Origin: Saccharolobus solfataricus
GTDB lineage: Archaea > Thermoproteota > Thermoprotei_A > Sulfolobales > Sulfolobaceae
NCBI RefSeq assembly: GCF_900079115.1
Contig: NZ_LT549890.1
Span: 1,890,001-1,922,000 of the forward strand
Direction of reading: 5' to 3'
DNA: 32,000 nt
The position numbers and the translations under genes were made by a program. Below, piece by piece: positions 11,603 through 21,101 of the stretch; the first letter of the stretch is position 1; the number at the start of each line of letters is the position of its first letter. Under the pieces are notes generated by a model. That model had not been told where the DNA came from and did no database searches. It saw only the letters and a program-made list of their open reading frames with translations.

Positions 11603-12526
11603 GTGAATCAGAGGTTTATAATGATATATGGCTTTTTTGGTGCTTTAATAGGAAACGAAGTATTGGTAGCATTAAGTGTCGAATGGAGTGGAAAAACTAC
11701 TGATAATAGGCTAATAGCAGTTTATTTATCGTCTGCCATCTTAGGTTCAATTTCATTCCTTTTCCTTAGTCAACAATTGGGACTTATTTCTATCCTACTT
11801 AGTATGGGAATCCTCCTTTATCATTCAAAGGAATACTTAGGTGTATCAAAAATAGGCTTGTCACCTACAACCTACAATTGGTTACTATTTTACTCTATCA
11901 TGATATCATCTGCTATAGTAGCGTTCCAACTTGGATTGGGATGTACAATACCTTACATAAACCTAATATTCCCTGCTAGCATGATTTTGGCAGTGATGGA
12001 TAGAGATATCGCCCTTGTAACTGGAGTAAAAATTGCTAGACATTGGGAAAACGTATTGGCTTTCATACTATTAGCTATTGGGATGGGAATTTACCCTAAT
12101 GGTAGTATTTTAATGATTTTAGCGTGGATTTTATCGTTTCACGCTTCTGGGTTATACAGATTTAAGGGAAGGAGGTATCCGATTCTCCACTTGGGCATTG
12201 CTTGGATATATCTTTTGATTGCGTCAATATTAGTTTTCAGTTATGATATATACATTCACGCAATAGCAGTGGGTTTTCTCTTCAACACAGTATTTGGAGT
12301 TGATGTAGTAATGATGGATTTGTTTGTCAATGCCTTCAATAGAAGGATACACGTAAAACCTTCATATATTCCATTTATCTTGTTAAATGTTGGTTTAACA
12401 ATGAGGTTCTTGTACAATTTCGGATTATCAATACCAATTCTTTTATTGGCCTCTCCATTACAAGGAATTGGAATACTTTCATTTTTTGTATTAACACTTA
12501 AACAAGTGGTGAGGCTAAATGAATAG
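11603..12526 (+). CDS. Polytopic integral membrane protein, function unknown
   Basis: 307 aa with about 9-10 hydrophobic spans. It follows a 320-bp AT-rich intergenic region and overlaps the next gene by 8 nt. I do not recognise a family with confidence. The start could instead be ATG 11621. Confidence 0.6.
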   Translation: MNQRFIMIYGFFGALIGNEVLVALSVEWSGKTTDNRLIAVYLSSAILGSISFLFLSQQLGLISILLSMGILLYHSKEYLGVSKIGLSPTTYNWLLFYSIMISSAIVAFQLGLGCTIPYINLIFPASMILAVMDRDIALVTGVKIARHWENVLAFILLAIGMGIYPNGSILMILAWILSFHASGLYRFKGRRYPILHLGIAWIYLLIASILVFSYDIYIHAIAVGFLFNTVFGVDVVMMDLFVNAFNRRIHVKPSYIPFILLNVGLTMRFLYNFGLSIPILLLASPLQGIGILSFFVLTLKQVVRLNE

Positions 12527-12941
12527 AGGTAAAGTTAGAAATCATGCGTTATATTTCCTAGGAGTACTCACTTATGTAGTTGCTCTACTACCGTTCCTCA
12601 GTGTTAATTTAGTAAAGGCATTGGTACTTATTCCAATAATAGCTTACACTTTACCTATAATGGAATATTTACAACCTAAAATTATGTCCTTAAAGATAGG
12701 ATATAAGGACATTCTGGTAATGAAACCTCCGATTATCCCTTATGTATTTCTCCCTTATAACGAGATAAGGATAGTCTACGTTTCGATACCGTTAGTGCTA
12801 ATGTTACTCACATTGACATTATATCTTACAAAATACACCATGTGGGGGAACGTAATAGGTACTGCATTTGAAGCATCTATATCGATTGTATGGGGATTAT
12901 TCATTAATAACCCTCTCTTCCTTATACCATCAATATACTAG
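12519..12941 (+). CDS. Integral membrane protein, function unknown
   Basis: 140 aa with about 4 hydrophobic spans. The ATG overlaps the upstream stop, which suggests translational coupling. Confidence 0.55.
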   Translation: MNRGKVRNHALYFLGVLTYVVALLPFLSVNLVKALVLIPIIAYTLPIMEYLQPKIMSLKIGYKDILVMKPPIIPYVFLPYNEIRIVYVSIPLVLMLLTLTLYLTKYTMWGNVIGTAFEASISIVWGLFINNPLFLIPSIY

Positions 12942-12971
12942 CTTCTCTACATTTTTACTGGCGCATTATAC

Positions 12972-13247
12972 GTGGAATATAAGATACCGTATAGGAAACT
13001 AGATAGGAGGGTTGTACAGATAAGTTGGGTTATCTCATTAGTTCTACTAATAGTGCTGAGTTTAAAGAACCCAATCACTCTAATAACGTTAATTGAGCCG
13101 TCAACTAGATACCTAATACCGGGAGAAAAGCTGAAATCTCCTAAGGAAATAAGGGAATTAGGCAGGAGAGGATCAAAGAAGGATATACTCTTTGTAGTGT
13201 TGTTAATGATAACTTATACTTTATCAAGAATATTTCTCACCATCTAG
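12972..13247 (+). CDS. Small membrane protein, function unknown
   Basis: 91 aa with a GTG start and two hydrophobic spans flanking a basic loop (KSPKEIRELGRRGSKK). It lies 30 nt after the previous gene. Confidence 0.4.
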   Translation: MEYKIPYRKLDRRVVQISWVISLVLLIVLSLKNPITLITLIEPSTRYLIPGEKLKSPKEIRELGRRGSKKDILFVVLLMITYTLSRIFLTI

Positions 13248-13524
13248 TTTCTATAAGGGAAGTATTTGATCTGAGCAAAACTTTCGCTGTTGTTACCTTT
13301 TTCCCCCAACTTTTCCCTAAGTTAAATGACTAAGCATTCTACCTTCTGGGTCTCTAACCTGAGCCTAAGTTAAAGCCAATTATAAATATCAGAGTACTAG
13401 TCTATTAGAAAAATTGCATGACTTATAAATACAATCGACACTAAATATATTCAGAGAAAGTAAGAAATAACTCGATTAATGGGATAAGAGGTACTAAATT
13501 AAAAAAATTTGCATATATAAGAAG

Positions 13525-13533
13525 TTTTATAAA
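13525..13533 (+). promoter_or_regulatory. TATA-box-like element for the tusA-like gene
   Basis: TTTTATAAA is centred about 26 nt upstream of ATG 13555. That spacing fits a leaderless or short-leader Sulfolobus transcript. Confidence 0.45.
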
Positions 13534-13554
13534 CCATAAGGAGAATCTTATATT

Positions 13555-13797
13555 ATGTCTCAAGAGGTTAGGATTGCAAAGACGTTAGATGCTAGGGGGA
13601 TGTATTGCCCCGGCCCAGTTTTAGAAACTGCAAAGGCAATTAAGCAAATAAATGTTGGTGAGGTTTTGGAAATACTTGCAACTGATCCTGCTGCGAAACC
13701 TGACATTGAAGCGTGGGCTAGGAGAACCGGAAACCAAGTAGTTGACATACAACAACAAGGAGGAGTAACAAGGATATTAATTAAAAGAATGAAATAA
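13555..13797 (+). CDS. tusA: TusA/SirA-family sulfur-carrier protein
   Basis: 80 aa with the N-terminal DARGMYCPGPV (CPxP active-site motif) and the typical two-layer alpha/beta length. Confidence 0.85.
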   Translation: MSQEVRIAKTLDARGMYCPGPVLETAKAIKQINVGEVLEILATDPAAKPDIEAWARRTGNQVVDIQQQGGVTRILIKRMK

Positions 13798-13811
13798 TTA
13801 GGAGTAAGTAA

Positions 13812-14969
13812 TTATTGATTTCCTTTTTTTATACCATTTTCTTTAAATTTCGGTATTAAATTGATAGGATAGGATTGCCTTATATTCCATTTGTCAGTCT
13901 TAAATGGTTCTCCATCTATTGTAATTACTCTTTCAGCTATGATATCACAATATTTACATTCCTTGCAACTTCTCGTATCGCAATCGTTGGTAAGGAAGAA
14001 CTTTATCCATCCCTCAGGGAACTTTGTATTGTCTATCTTCACTTTAGTTAGTACAGAATAGGATGATGGCCCATTAACCATCTGAATAGCCTTTGTTGCC
14101 GCTCTCCCTTGAGGGTAGCTAACAAGATCTAAGAGATCTCCTTCATACATTCTCTCGGTAAAAGCCTTAACCACGTTCAATATCCATTCTGTCTTTTTAT
14201 TTCTCCCAGCGATCTTAAACCTATTTATCCCTATCTCCTCGTAGTATTTTATATCCTCTGGCCTAATCCACCTACTCCTTATCAAATTTACTGGATCGTT
14301 TAAGACATCAGTTGCACATAATAATATAGGATACTCAAACCAAACGTCATTTACTCCGTTTACCATAGAAGTAATTGATGAAATTCCGTCATGTGTAAGC
14401 CTAAACGGGCAACCGTAAAGACAAGAATTGTTGAGTATTAACTCCACGTCGAATTTATTAGTTTTAGATAATGAAGCAATCTCCTTTAATAATTTGAAAT
14501 CCCTATTTGCATCCTCATGCATAATAATAGTGTTTACACCTAAATTCGCATACTCCTCAACTTCCCTCACATTGTGAATTCTAGAAAACGATGAGGCTGA
14601 TACTTCTAAGTCAGGGTATTCACTTCTTATTAGCCTAATAAGAAAGGGTACTGCTATTATGAAACCATCAACTCCTAGACTTACTAACTTGTCGATCTCT
14701 TTCATTACTTTACCAATAAATTCTGCGTCATATTCCTTGCCTAATAATGTGTTAGTATTCATTGTGTAAAGAAATTTTATGCCATAAGAATGTGCTATAC
14801 TAATGTGATTCTTGAACTGTTCTTCCTTAATATCGGGTATGATAAAACCAGCCCTACCGTGTCCAGTTATTGTCCTCTTAAAACTTCCAAAAATGTATTT
14901 AACCTCTGGATACTTTTTTAATTCTTCCAATAGGGAATCATCGAAATTTGTAGCAACTACCAGCTTCAT
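13812..14969 (-). CDS. Peptidase U32-family protein (divergent) with a C-terminal Cys cluster
   Basis: 385 aa with a TIM-barrel-like U32 N-terminal region ([10 protein letters not shown]...[12 protein letters not shown]...[10 protein letters not shown]). The C-terminus carries [13 protein letters not shown]. Confidence 0.7.
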   Translation of the reverse strand: MKLVVATNFDDSLLEELKKYPEVKYIFGSFKRTITGHGRAGFIIPDIKEEQFKNHISIAHSYGIKFLYTMNTNTLLGKEYDAEFIGKVMKEIDKLVSLGVDGFIIAVPFLIRLIRSEYPDLEVSASSFSRIHNVREVEEYANLGVNTIIMHEDANRDFKLLKEIASLSKTNKFDVELILNNSCLYGCPFRLTHDGISSITSMVNGVNDVWFEYPILLCATDVLNDPVNLIRSRWIRPEDIKYYEEIGINRFKIAGRNKKTEWILNVVKAFTERMYEGDLLDLVSYPQGRAATKAIQMVNGPSSYSVLTKVKIDNTKFPEGWIKFFLTNDCDTRSCKECKYCDIIAERVITIDGEPFKTDKWNIRQSYPINLIPKFKENGIKKGNQ

Positions 14970-14989
14970 ATGATATCAGACTTTTTCCA

Positions 14990-14998
14990 TTTAAATAA
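14990..14998 (-). promoter_or_regulatory. TATA-box-like element for the U32-family gene
   Basis: The minus strand reads TTATTTAAA, centred about 25 nt upstream of ATG 14969. Confidence 0.4.
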
Positions 14999-15083
14999 GA
15001 TTGGCTAAGGAAAAACATGTGGGAAATAGTTTAACGGGGTTTATTAGGAAAAAGTTATTTAGGAACTTCACATCCAGCGGTCG

Positions 15084-15896
15084 TTATTTCCCTTTAAATA
15101 CTGGTCTCCTTTTTTCAAAGAACGCCCTAGCTCCCTCCTTAGCGTCTTCTGACGCTAACGCTTGGTTTTGCATTTCCCTTTCTAGGGCAAACGCATTATA
15201 CCAAGGTAAATCCATTCCTTCGTTTACCGCTAATTTCGTAAATCCTACAGCTAATGATGGACCTTTAGCCACTTGTCTTGCAAATTCAAAGGACTCTTCA
15301 AATAGTTTTTCGGGTTCTATTAATCTGTCCAATATTCCGAGTTCATAGGCCTCTTTAGGAGAGAGCGTCTTTCCGGTTACTATTAAGTATATTGCCTTAG
15401 ATCTACCCACTAACCTAGCTAAAAACTGTGTTCCACCCTCCCCTGGTATTAGGGCCAAATTGGCTACTTCTGGCATACCAAATTTTATATTTTCATCGTT
15501 AGCTCCAAATCTTAAATCACTCGCCAACGCAAGTTCTAACCCACCTCCCATACAATGCCCGTTTATGCTAGCAATTATTAGTTTCTTAGTGGACATCATC
15601 CTAAGCATAACCTCCTTACTAAACTGACTCGATAATCCAATATACTCGGGGGACTTATCCTTTATTTCATTTATATCAAATCCTGCAGAGAAGAACCTAG
15701 GAATATTACTAGTTATGAGTATGGCTTTAACGTTTTGGTCGAATCTCGATTCAACTATTATATTATCTAATTCCCTCAACATCTCAAGATTATGTGCGTT
15801 TGCTGGAGATCTATTTAATTTAATAATTCCTACTCCGTCTTCGACTTCTATTTTGAAGTACTTTGGATTTAACTCACTTAAGCCCATCAGTCTCAC
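15084..15896 (-). CDS. Enoyl-CoA hydratase/isomerase (crotonase) family protein
   Basis: 270 aa with the crotonase fold signature (FSAGFDI...GHCMGGGLELALASD...PEVANLALIPGEGGTQ). The start could be GTG 15896, immediately after the upstream stop, or ATG 15887. Confidence 0.9.
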   Translation of the reverse strand: MRLMGLSELNPKYFKIEVEDGVGIIKLNRSPANAHNLEMLRELDNIIVESRFDQNVKAILITSNIPRFFSAGFDINEIKDKSPEYIGLSSQFSKEVMLRMMSTKKLIIASINGHCMGGGLELALASDLRFGANDENIKFGMPEVANLALIPGEGGTQFLARLVGRSKAIYLIVTGKTLSPKEAYELGILDRLIEPEKLFEESFEFARQVAKGPSLAVGFTKLAVNEGMDLPWYNAFALEREMQNQALASEDAKEGARAFFEKRRPVFKGK

Positions 15897-16667
15897 CTAA
15901 TATACCCTTCTATTCCTATTTATATCTGGTAACTCTAAACCTAGAGGAGTAATTAGTTCTTTAATATCCTTAATGTATAACTGTCTCATTTCATCATTCC
16001 TCATTTTCTTTATCCCATACTTGTATGCCAAATCTATTGTAATCGACTTAGAGTGGCCAAACATGTCCAAGCCTCTAGGGAACCACTTATTTATTAATGC
16101 CTGCGCTAAATCCCTCTTGCCTTCCTCAACTAGCTTCTTAATACCAGTATATCCAAAGTTGATATGAAATTCCTCCTCCATCATCATGGTGGGTATTATC
16201 CTAGATAAGGGACCAAAACTAGAATCCTCAAAGGCTAATAGCTGGAACATTCCTACTCTATCTATTAAAAAGGTGAAGCCTAAGGTATCTTCCCACATAT
16301 TGAATGGAATATTAAATGCGTCGAGCTTATGTCTACCCATTCGCCTAGATAGTAGATCTTCAGCTATTTTCTTTCCCTCCTCACCGAATTCCTTTAATAT
16401 CTGAATTACTTGCCATCCGTGCCTCATCTCATCTACCATAATTCTCGAGATAGTTACCCTATCAGATAGTTTTGGTGCATGAATTAACCAAGGCATATGC
16501 TGCTCTATTGACGCAAATTCTGTATCCCCTTGAACTGACAATAGCTTAAATAAGACTTCAACTGCTTCTGGTGGAAGATCATATATTGACTCAAACTTTC
16601 TTAATCCCTTATACTCTCCCCATCCAACGACTCTTTTAGGCTTTTTGTATTCCACAACTACCATCAT
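15897..16667 (-). CDS. PaaA/PaaC-family di-iron (ferritin-like) aryl-CoA oxygenase subunit
   Basis: 256 aa with both carboxylate-bridged di-iron half-sites: E...VDEMRHGW and LIDR...MEEEFH. Confidence 0.8.
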   Translation of the reverse strand: MMVVVEYKKPKRVVGWGEYKGLRKFESIYDLPPEAVEVLFKLLSVQGDTEFASIEQHMPWLIHAPKLSDRVTISRIMVDEMRHGWQVIQILKEFGEEGKKIAEDLLSRRMGRHKLDAFNIPFNMWEDTLGFTFLIDRVGMFQLLAFEDSSFGPLSRIIPTMMMEEEFHINFGYTGIKKLVEEGKRDLAQALINKWFPRGLDMFGHSKSITIDLAYKYGIKKMRNDEMRQLYIKDIKELITPLGLELPDINRNRRVY

Positions 16668-16768
16668 TATACCAATTGTACTTAAAAGTATATAACGTTT
16701 TCTGTACGTAGAAAGAAAAAAGCGAAAAGCATAAAAGTTTCTAAAAAATAGATACTTAATGAGTTACT
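16668..16768. promoter_or_regulatory. Divergent promoter region between the two PaaA/PaaC-family genes
   Basis: A 101-bp AT-rich spacer. TATA-like TTATATAC (minus) and CTAAAAAATAG (plus) each lie about 23-27 nt from their ATG. Confidence 0.4.
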
Positions 16769-17473
16769 ATGCAAAAATTTAACAGTGTAAGGGAACTGTC
16801 ACAAGATCTAAAAAACACCTTAATAGAGATAATAGTGTTAAGGGCAGACTTCGAATTAGGCATGGTAGAACAAATTTCACCCTGGCTAGTTAACGCGCCA
16901 ACAGTAGATGATAGATTATTTACGGCTAAGCTAGTTTCAGATGAGCTGAATCATGGTTGGCAACTAGTGAGATTACTGGAAGAGTTTAACGTTAAGGATA
17001 GAGTAGTTAAAATTGAAGAAGCTAGATTGGGAATCCATATGTTGGATATATCTAATATGCCTCTATTTAACTGGGAAGATGTCATAGCGTTTGTATTTCT
17101 AGTAGATAGAGCTGGGTTATATCAGTTGAGAGTAATTAAGGATTGTTCATTTGAACCATTAGCCAATTTGGCCTCTAGCATGATTAAGGAGGAAGAGAGC
17201 CATTTATTTTTCTCTAAAAACGTATTGAAGGCCTATCAGAATAAGAATAGGTTACAAGCTGCGCTCAACTTCTGGTTCCCTAGAGCCTTAGAGATGCTAT
17301 ATAAAGTGAAATCCCTAAATGAGGTTCATCTTAGAGACCTTAACGTTTCCGAATTGATAAGTGATAAACTCATTGAAGACTACGTAAGATCGACTAATGA
17401 TGAGATGAGGAATTTTGGATTTGTTGAAGTAAACTACGATAAAAATCTCCACTATAATATTGTACTAAAATAA
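16769..17473 (+). CDS. Second PaaA/PaaC-family di-iron protein
   Basis: 234 aa, PaaC-sized, but it retains E...SDELNHGW and LVDR...KEEESH ligand motifs. Confidence 0.75.
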   Translation: MQKFNSVRELSQDLKNTLIEIIVLRADFELGMVEQISPWLVNAPTVDDRLFTAKLVSDELNHGWQLVRLLEEFNVKDRVVKIEEARLGIHMLDISNMPLFNWEDVIAFVFLVDRAGLYQLRVIKDCSFEPLANLASSMIKEEESHLFFSKNVLKAYQNKNRLQAALNFWFPRALEMLYKVKSLNEVHLRDLNVSELISDKLIEDYVRSTNDEMRNFGFVEVNYDKNLHYNIVLK

Positions 17474-17542
17474 ATTGCGAGATTTTAACGTACTAGATTA
17501 ACAGCGTAAACTATATAAATTGGTTTAAAAAATTAAATAATA

Positions 17543-19138
17543 ATGACTGCTAAGTATGGTAGAATTTTAAATGTAACTGATGCGTTGTTTTCAAAATGGG
17601 AAGATAGTGAGGCAGATAAAAGAATAGCAATTTATTATAAAGATGAAGTTTGGTCATATCGCAAGGTAATAGAGGAAATAAATAGGGTAGGTAATGCCCT
17701 AAGGGAATTAGGAGTGGAGAAAGAAAATAGAATATTGATAATAGCGTATGATACACCGTTCTTTATATCGATTTTCTATAGTGCCATGAAAATTGGTGCG
17801 ATCCCGGTACCAGTTAACACTTATTTAAAACCAGAGGAGTATCTTTTCCTTTTGGAGGATACTGGAGCTAAGGTATTGGCAATTGAACCAGACATTTGGC
17901 CCAAGTTATCTCCATACCTTAAAGGTAGAGCTGATAAACTTAAACATGTTATAATTTTGCCCAGTATATCAGAAACGCAGAAGATCACTTTCGAGGATCA
18001 TAATCACAAGGCAGAGTTGAGTTTTTATCATGGACTTGTTTCTACAGCCTCCACTCACTTAGAAGCTGAAAAGACTTCTCCAAACGATATGGCGTTTTGG
18101 CTCTATACGTCAGGGACTACGGGACATCCTAAAGCAGCAGTTCACTTACATAAAGACATATTAGTTGTTCTCGATACCTATGTGAAAAACGTTCTCAAAA
18201 TCAGTGAAAAAGATAGACTATTCAGCGCCTCTAAACTATTTTTCGCTTATGGATTAGGAAATGGATCCTACTTCGCCTTTGGTAACGGTGCCTCGACAGT
18301 TCTGATGCCAGATAGAGTAGAACCCAGAAGGGTATTGGAGACCATACATAAATACAAGCCTACTATCTTCTTTGGAGTGCCTACTTTATATAACGCAATG
18401 CTACATGTAGAGGATTGGAAGAATTACAACTTAACTAGTTTAAGATTTTGCGTTTCTGCTGGAGAACCCTTACCCCCGTTAATATATATTAAATGGAAAG
18501 AGAGATACGGCGTAGAAATTCTAGATGGTATTGGTTCCACTGAGGCACTTCACATATATATCTCTAACATTCCAAGTAATTCTAAGCCTGGATGTACTGG
18601 GAAACCAGTCCCTGGATATGAGGTTAAAATAGTAGATGAAGATGGCAATGAGGTTCCTCCTAAAACTATAGGGGATCTCTACGTAAAAGGAGATAGTGTA
18701 GCCATGTTTTACTGGAATGATTACGAAAGTACTAGAAAGAACATGATGGGATCTTGGTTTAGAACTGGAGATAAGTTTTACAGAGATGACGAGGGATATT
18801 ATTACTACGTTGGAAGGTCTGACGATATGGTTAAGACTGCGGGATTATGGGTTTCTCCAATAGAAGTGGAATCTGCGCTATTATCACATCCTGCAGTTCT
18901 TGAGGCTGCAGTTGTAGGTATTCCAGATGAAGTAGGATTAGTAAGGGTAGTTGGGTTTGTTACGCTAAAACAAGGGTATTCGCCAAGTAGTGAATTAGCT
19001 GAGGAGATAAGGAATTACCTTAGGGAAAAATTAGACCATTATAAGGTTCCTAAAGAAATAAGGTTTATTACGGAAATTCCTAAGACTGCAACCGGTAAGA
19101 TACAACGATATAAGTTTAGGCTAGGGGAGATCAAATAA
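17543..19138 (+). CDS. Aromatic acid-CoA ligase (benzoate-CoA ligase family, ANL superfamily)
   Basis: 531 aa with the AMP-binding motif YTSGTTGHPKAAVHLH, GDKFYRDDEGYYYYVGRSDDM and C-terminal PKTATGKIQR. Confidence 0.88.
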   Translation: MTAKYGRILNVTDALFSKWEDSEADKRIAIYYKDEVWSYRKVIEEINRVGNALRELGVEKENRILIIAYDTPFFISIFYSAMKIGAIPVPVNTYLKPEEYLFLLEDTGAKVLAIEPDIWPKLSPYLKGRADKLKHVIILPSISETQKITFEDHNHKAELSFYHGLVSTASTHLEAEKTSPNDMAFWLYTSGTTGHPKAAVHLHKDILVVLDTYVKNVLKISEKDRLFSASKLFFAYGLGNGSYFAFGNGASTVLMPDRVEPRRVLETIHKYKPTIFFGVPTLYNAMLHVEDWKNYNLTSLRFCVSAGEPLPPLIYIKWKERYGVEILDGIGSTEALHIYISNIPSNSKPGCTGKPVPGYEVKIVDEDGNEVPPKTIGDLYVKGDSVAMFYWNDYESTRKNMMGSWFRTGDKFYRDDEGYYYYVGRSDDMVKTAGLWVSPIEVESALLSHPAVLEAAVVGIPDEVGLVRVVGFVTLKQGYSPSSELAEEIRNYLREKLDHYKVPKEIRFITEIPKTATGKIQRYKFRLGEIK

Positions 19139-19250
19139 TTTATAAGGACAGTTAAAAAAGAAACTAACCCTTTGTAAACATGTCGATGAGCTTTATAACA
19201 CTTGCTACAACTAAGAAAATTTTTTAGTATTAATTTAAAGGTTATTATTA

Positions 19251-20051
19251 ATGAAGATACAGTCATTGTTCTTTACACTCTATGGAGATTATGTGAAGGA
19301 TTCTGGAGGAACGATAAGTTCTAAAAGTCTAATCGTAATCTTTAAGGAATTTGGATTTTCCGAAGGAGCAATAAGGGCAGGATTACATAGAATGAAGAAA
19401 GCAGGACTTATAGTAGGAATAAAAGGAGAAAATAGGAAAGTTAGCTACAAATTATCAGAAAAAGGTATGCTAAGATTATTGGAAGGAACTAGGAGGGTTT
19501 ATGAAAAAGTTAGGAGAAGATGGGATAATAAGTGGAGGATAGTAGTATATAATATCCCAGAGAACAATAGAGAACTAAGAGATAAGTTAAGGAGAGAGCT
19601 GAAGTGGCTTGGATTTGGTATGTTAGCGCAATCGACGTGGATCTCACCAAACCCAATTGAAGATACCTTAAAGAATTTCATTAACGATCACTATGGTTCA
19701 TCTAATGGTATACAAGTAGACATTTTCGTTGCAAATTATCTAGGAGAACCTAAGGGACTAGTAGAAAAATGTTGGAATTTATCTGAAGTTGAACAAGCTT
19801 ATAGAGCGTTCTTAGAAAAATGGACTGGAGTACTAGAAAAGGTAAGTAGTCTAAAAAGTAATGAGGCGTTCGTAACTAGGATACTACTTGTCCACGAATA
19901 TAGAAAATTTTTAAACATTGATCCAGATTTACCTGAGGATTTATTACCTCCAAATTGGATAGGGTATACAGCATATGATCTATTTATGAAATTAAGGGAG
20001 GAACTTACTCCTAAGGCTAACGAGTTCTTTTATAAGGTTTATGAACCATGA
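19251..20051 (+). CDS. paaX: PaaX-family transcriptional regulator
   Basis: 266 aa. The N-terminal winged-helix block FTLYGDYV...SEGAIRAGLHRMKKAGLI and the C-terminal LLVHEYRKFLNIDPDLPEDLLP match the PaaX/PaaX_C architecture. Confidence 0.8.
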   Translation: MKIQSLFFTLYGDYVKDSGGTISSKSLIVIFKEFGFSEGAIRAGLHRMKKAGLIVGIKGENRKVSYKLSEKGMLRLLEGTRRVYEKVRRRWDNKWRIVVYNIPENNRELRDKLRRELKWLGFGMLAQSTWISPNPIEDTLKNFINDHYGSSNGIQVDIFVANYLGEPKGLVEKCWNLSEVEQAYRAFLEKWTGVLEKVSSLKSNEAFVTRILLVHEYRKFLNIDPDLPEDLLPPNWIGYTAYDLFMKLREELTPKANEFFYKVYEP

Positions 20052-20088
20052 AACATTTTTATCCCCTCACATCATCTATTAAAATAAC

Positions 20089-20775
20089 ATGTGTAGAATG
20101 TTAGCATACCATGGAGATGATAAGGAGTACTTAAAGAGACTTACGAATTGCCTAGCTAAGGCATCACTAAATGACCCATTAACCAATGAAACCCATGGGG
20201 ATGGCTGGGGAATTGTGGCAATTGCTAGTAATAATTTAATACATTACAGAAGCCATCTCCCAATATTTAAGGACGAAAATCTAGAGAAAATCCTAAACTT
20301 GCTAGATGGTGAAATGAAAGTAATAATTCACGCTAGGCAAGCCAGTGATAAGAGATTAATCTCCCCCTATTATTCCCATCCTTATTTAGAAAGTACTCCA
20401 AAATCAATACTATTCTTAGCCCATAATGGTAGTGTCGATAAATACAAATTGGGTAATGTACTAGGAATAGACCCCATGCTAATGGTAGACTCAGAACTTG
20501 TTGCCAAATATTTTGCAACATACAGCATTAAAGAGATTGACAAGTTGCAGGACGTTACACAATCCGCATTAAATCTGCTAATCATGGAGATAAATAGGAT
20601 TGATAGATCCTCTACTATCTACTTCTATAACTATTATAGAAAGGATAGGATAAAAAGAAAGGAAGAGTACTATAAGTTATATTTTAATAAAGGTGCTATC
20701 TACTCTTCATCTTTAGCCTATACTGGTTGTGAAAAAGGTGAGGAGGTTAAGTTCGGTAATCTGGGAGAGCTATAA
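20089..20775 (+). CDS. Class-II (Ntn-type) glutamine amidotransferase-like protein
   Basis: 228 aa. The MC start places a catalytic Cys after Met removal. GDGWGI, HARQAS and AHNGSV blocks are present. Confidence 0.7.
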   Translation: MCRMLAYHGDDKEYLKRLTNCLAKASLNDPLTNETHGDGWGIVAIASNNLIHYRSHLPIFKDENLEKILNLLDGEMKVIIHARQASDKRLISPYYSHPYLESTPKSILFLAHNGSVDKYKLGNVLGIDPMLMVDSELVAKYFATYSIKEIDKLQDVTQSALNLLIMEINRIDRSSTIYFYNYYRKDRIKRKEEYYKLYFNKGAIYSSSLAYTGCEKGEEVKFGNLGEL

Positions 20776-20828
20776 TGAGTAACATTTTACTGAGGATACT
20801 CTGGAGTTAGGTTTTAACTAGAGTATCT

Positions 20829-21101
20829 TTGGAAGAGGCTAGAAATATTAACGCTAAATTTAGTATTTACGCTAAAAATAGGGAAGGTGTCGCAACAGTA
20901 GATCTAGATAGAATAATAGAGGCAAGAGATATGATGAGAGGACCAGTAATTATAGTTAATGGCGGTTTAGGAAGTAAGGAGCTCATAAAGGATAAGAGTT
21001 TTGGCGTTAAGGATTGGGAGGAAGCCTTGGATAGTATAAATGAGATTTTTGAGGAGGAAAATGAGTTTGAACTCATATATGGGAGATTGCTAAGAGTTTA
21101 A
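20829..21101 (+). CDS. Hypothetical protein
   Basis: A 90-aa open frame with a TTG start. I recognise no motif. Confidence 0.3.
   Translation: MEEARNINAKFSIYAKNREGVATVDLDRIIEARDMMRGPVIIVNGGLGSKELIKDKSFGVKDWEEALDSINEIFEEENEFELIYGRLLRV

Noticed and set aside
13316-13374. 11-bp direct repeat CCTAAGTTAAA x2, 48 bp apart, upstream of tusA
   Set aside because: It is short and sits in an AT-rich intergenic region. No inverted termini or att-like context accompany it, so it is compatible with chance.
15001-15348. 115-aa plus-strand ORF
   Set aside because: It mostly overlaps the crotonase gene on the opposite strand, and its 5' part covers the U32 promoter region. There is no motif, so I treat it as spurious.
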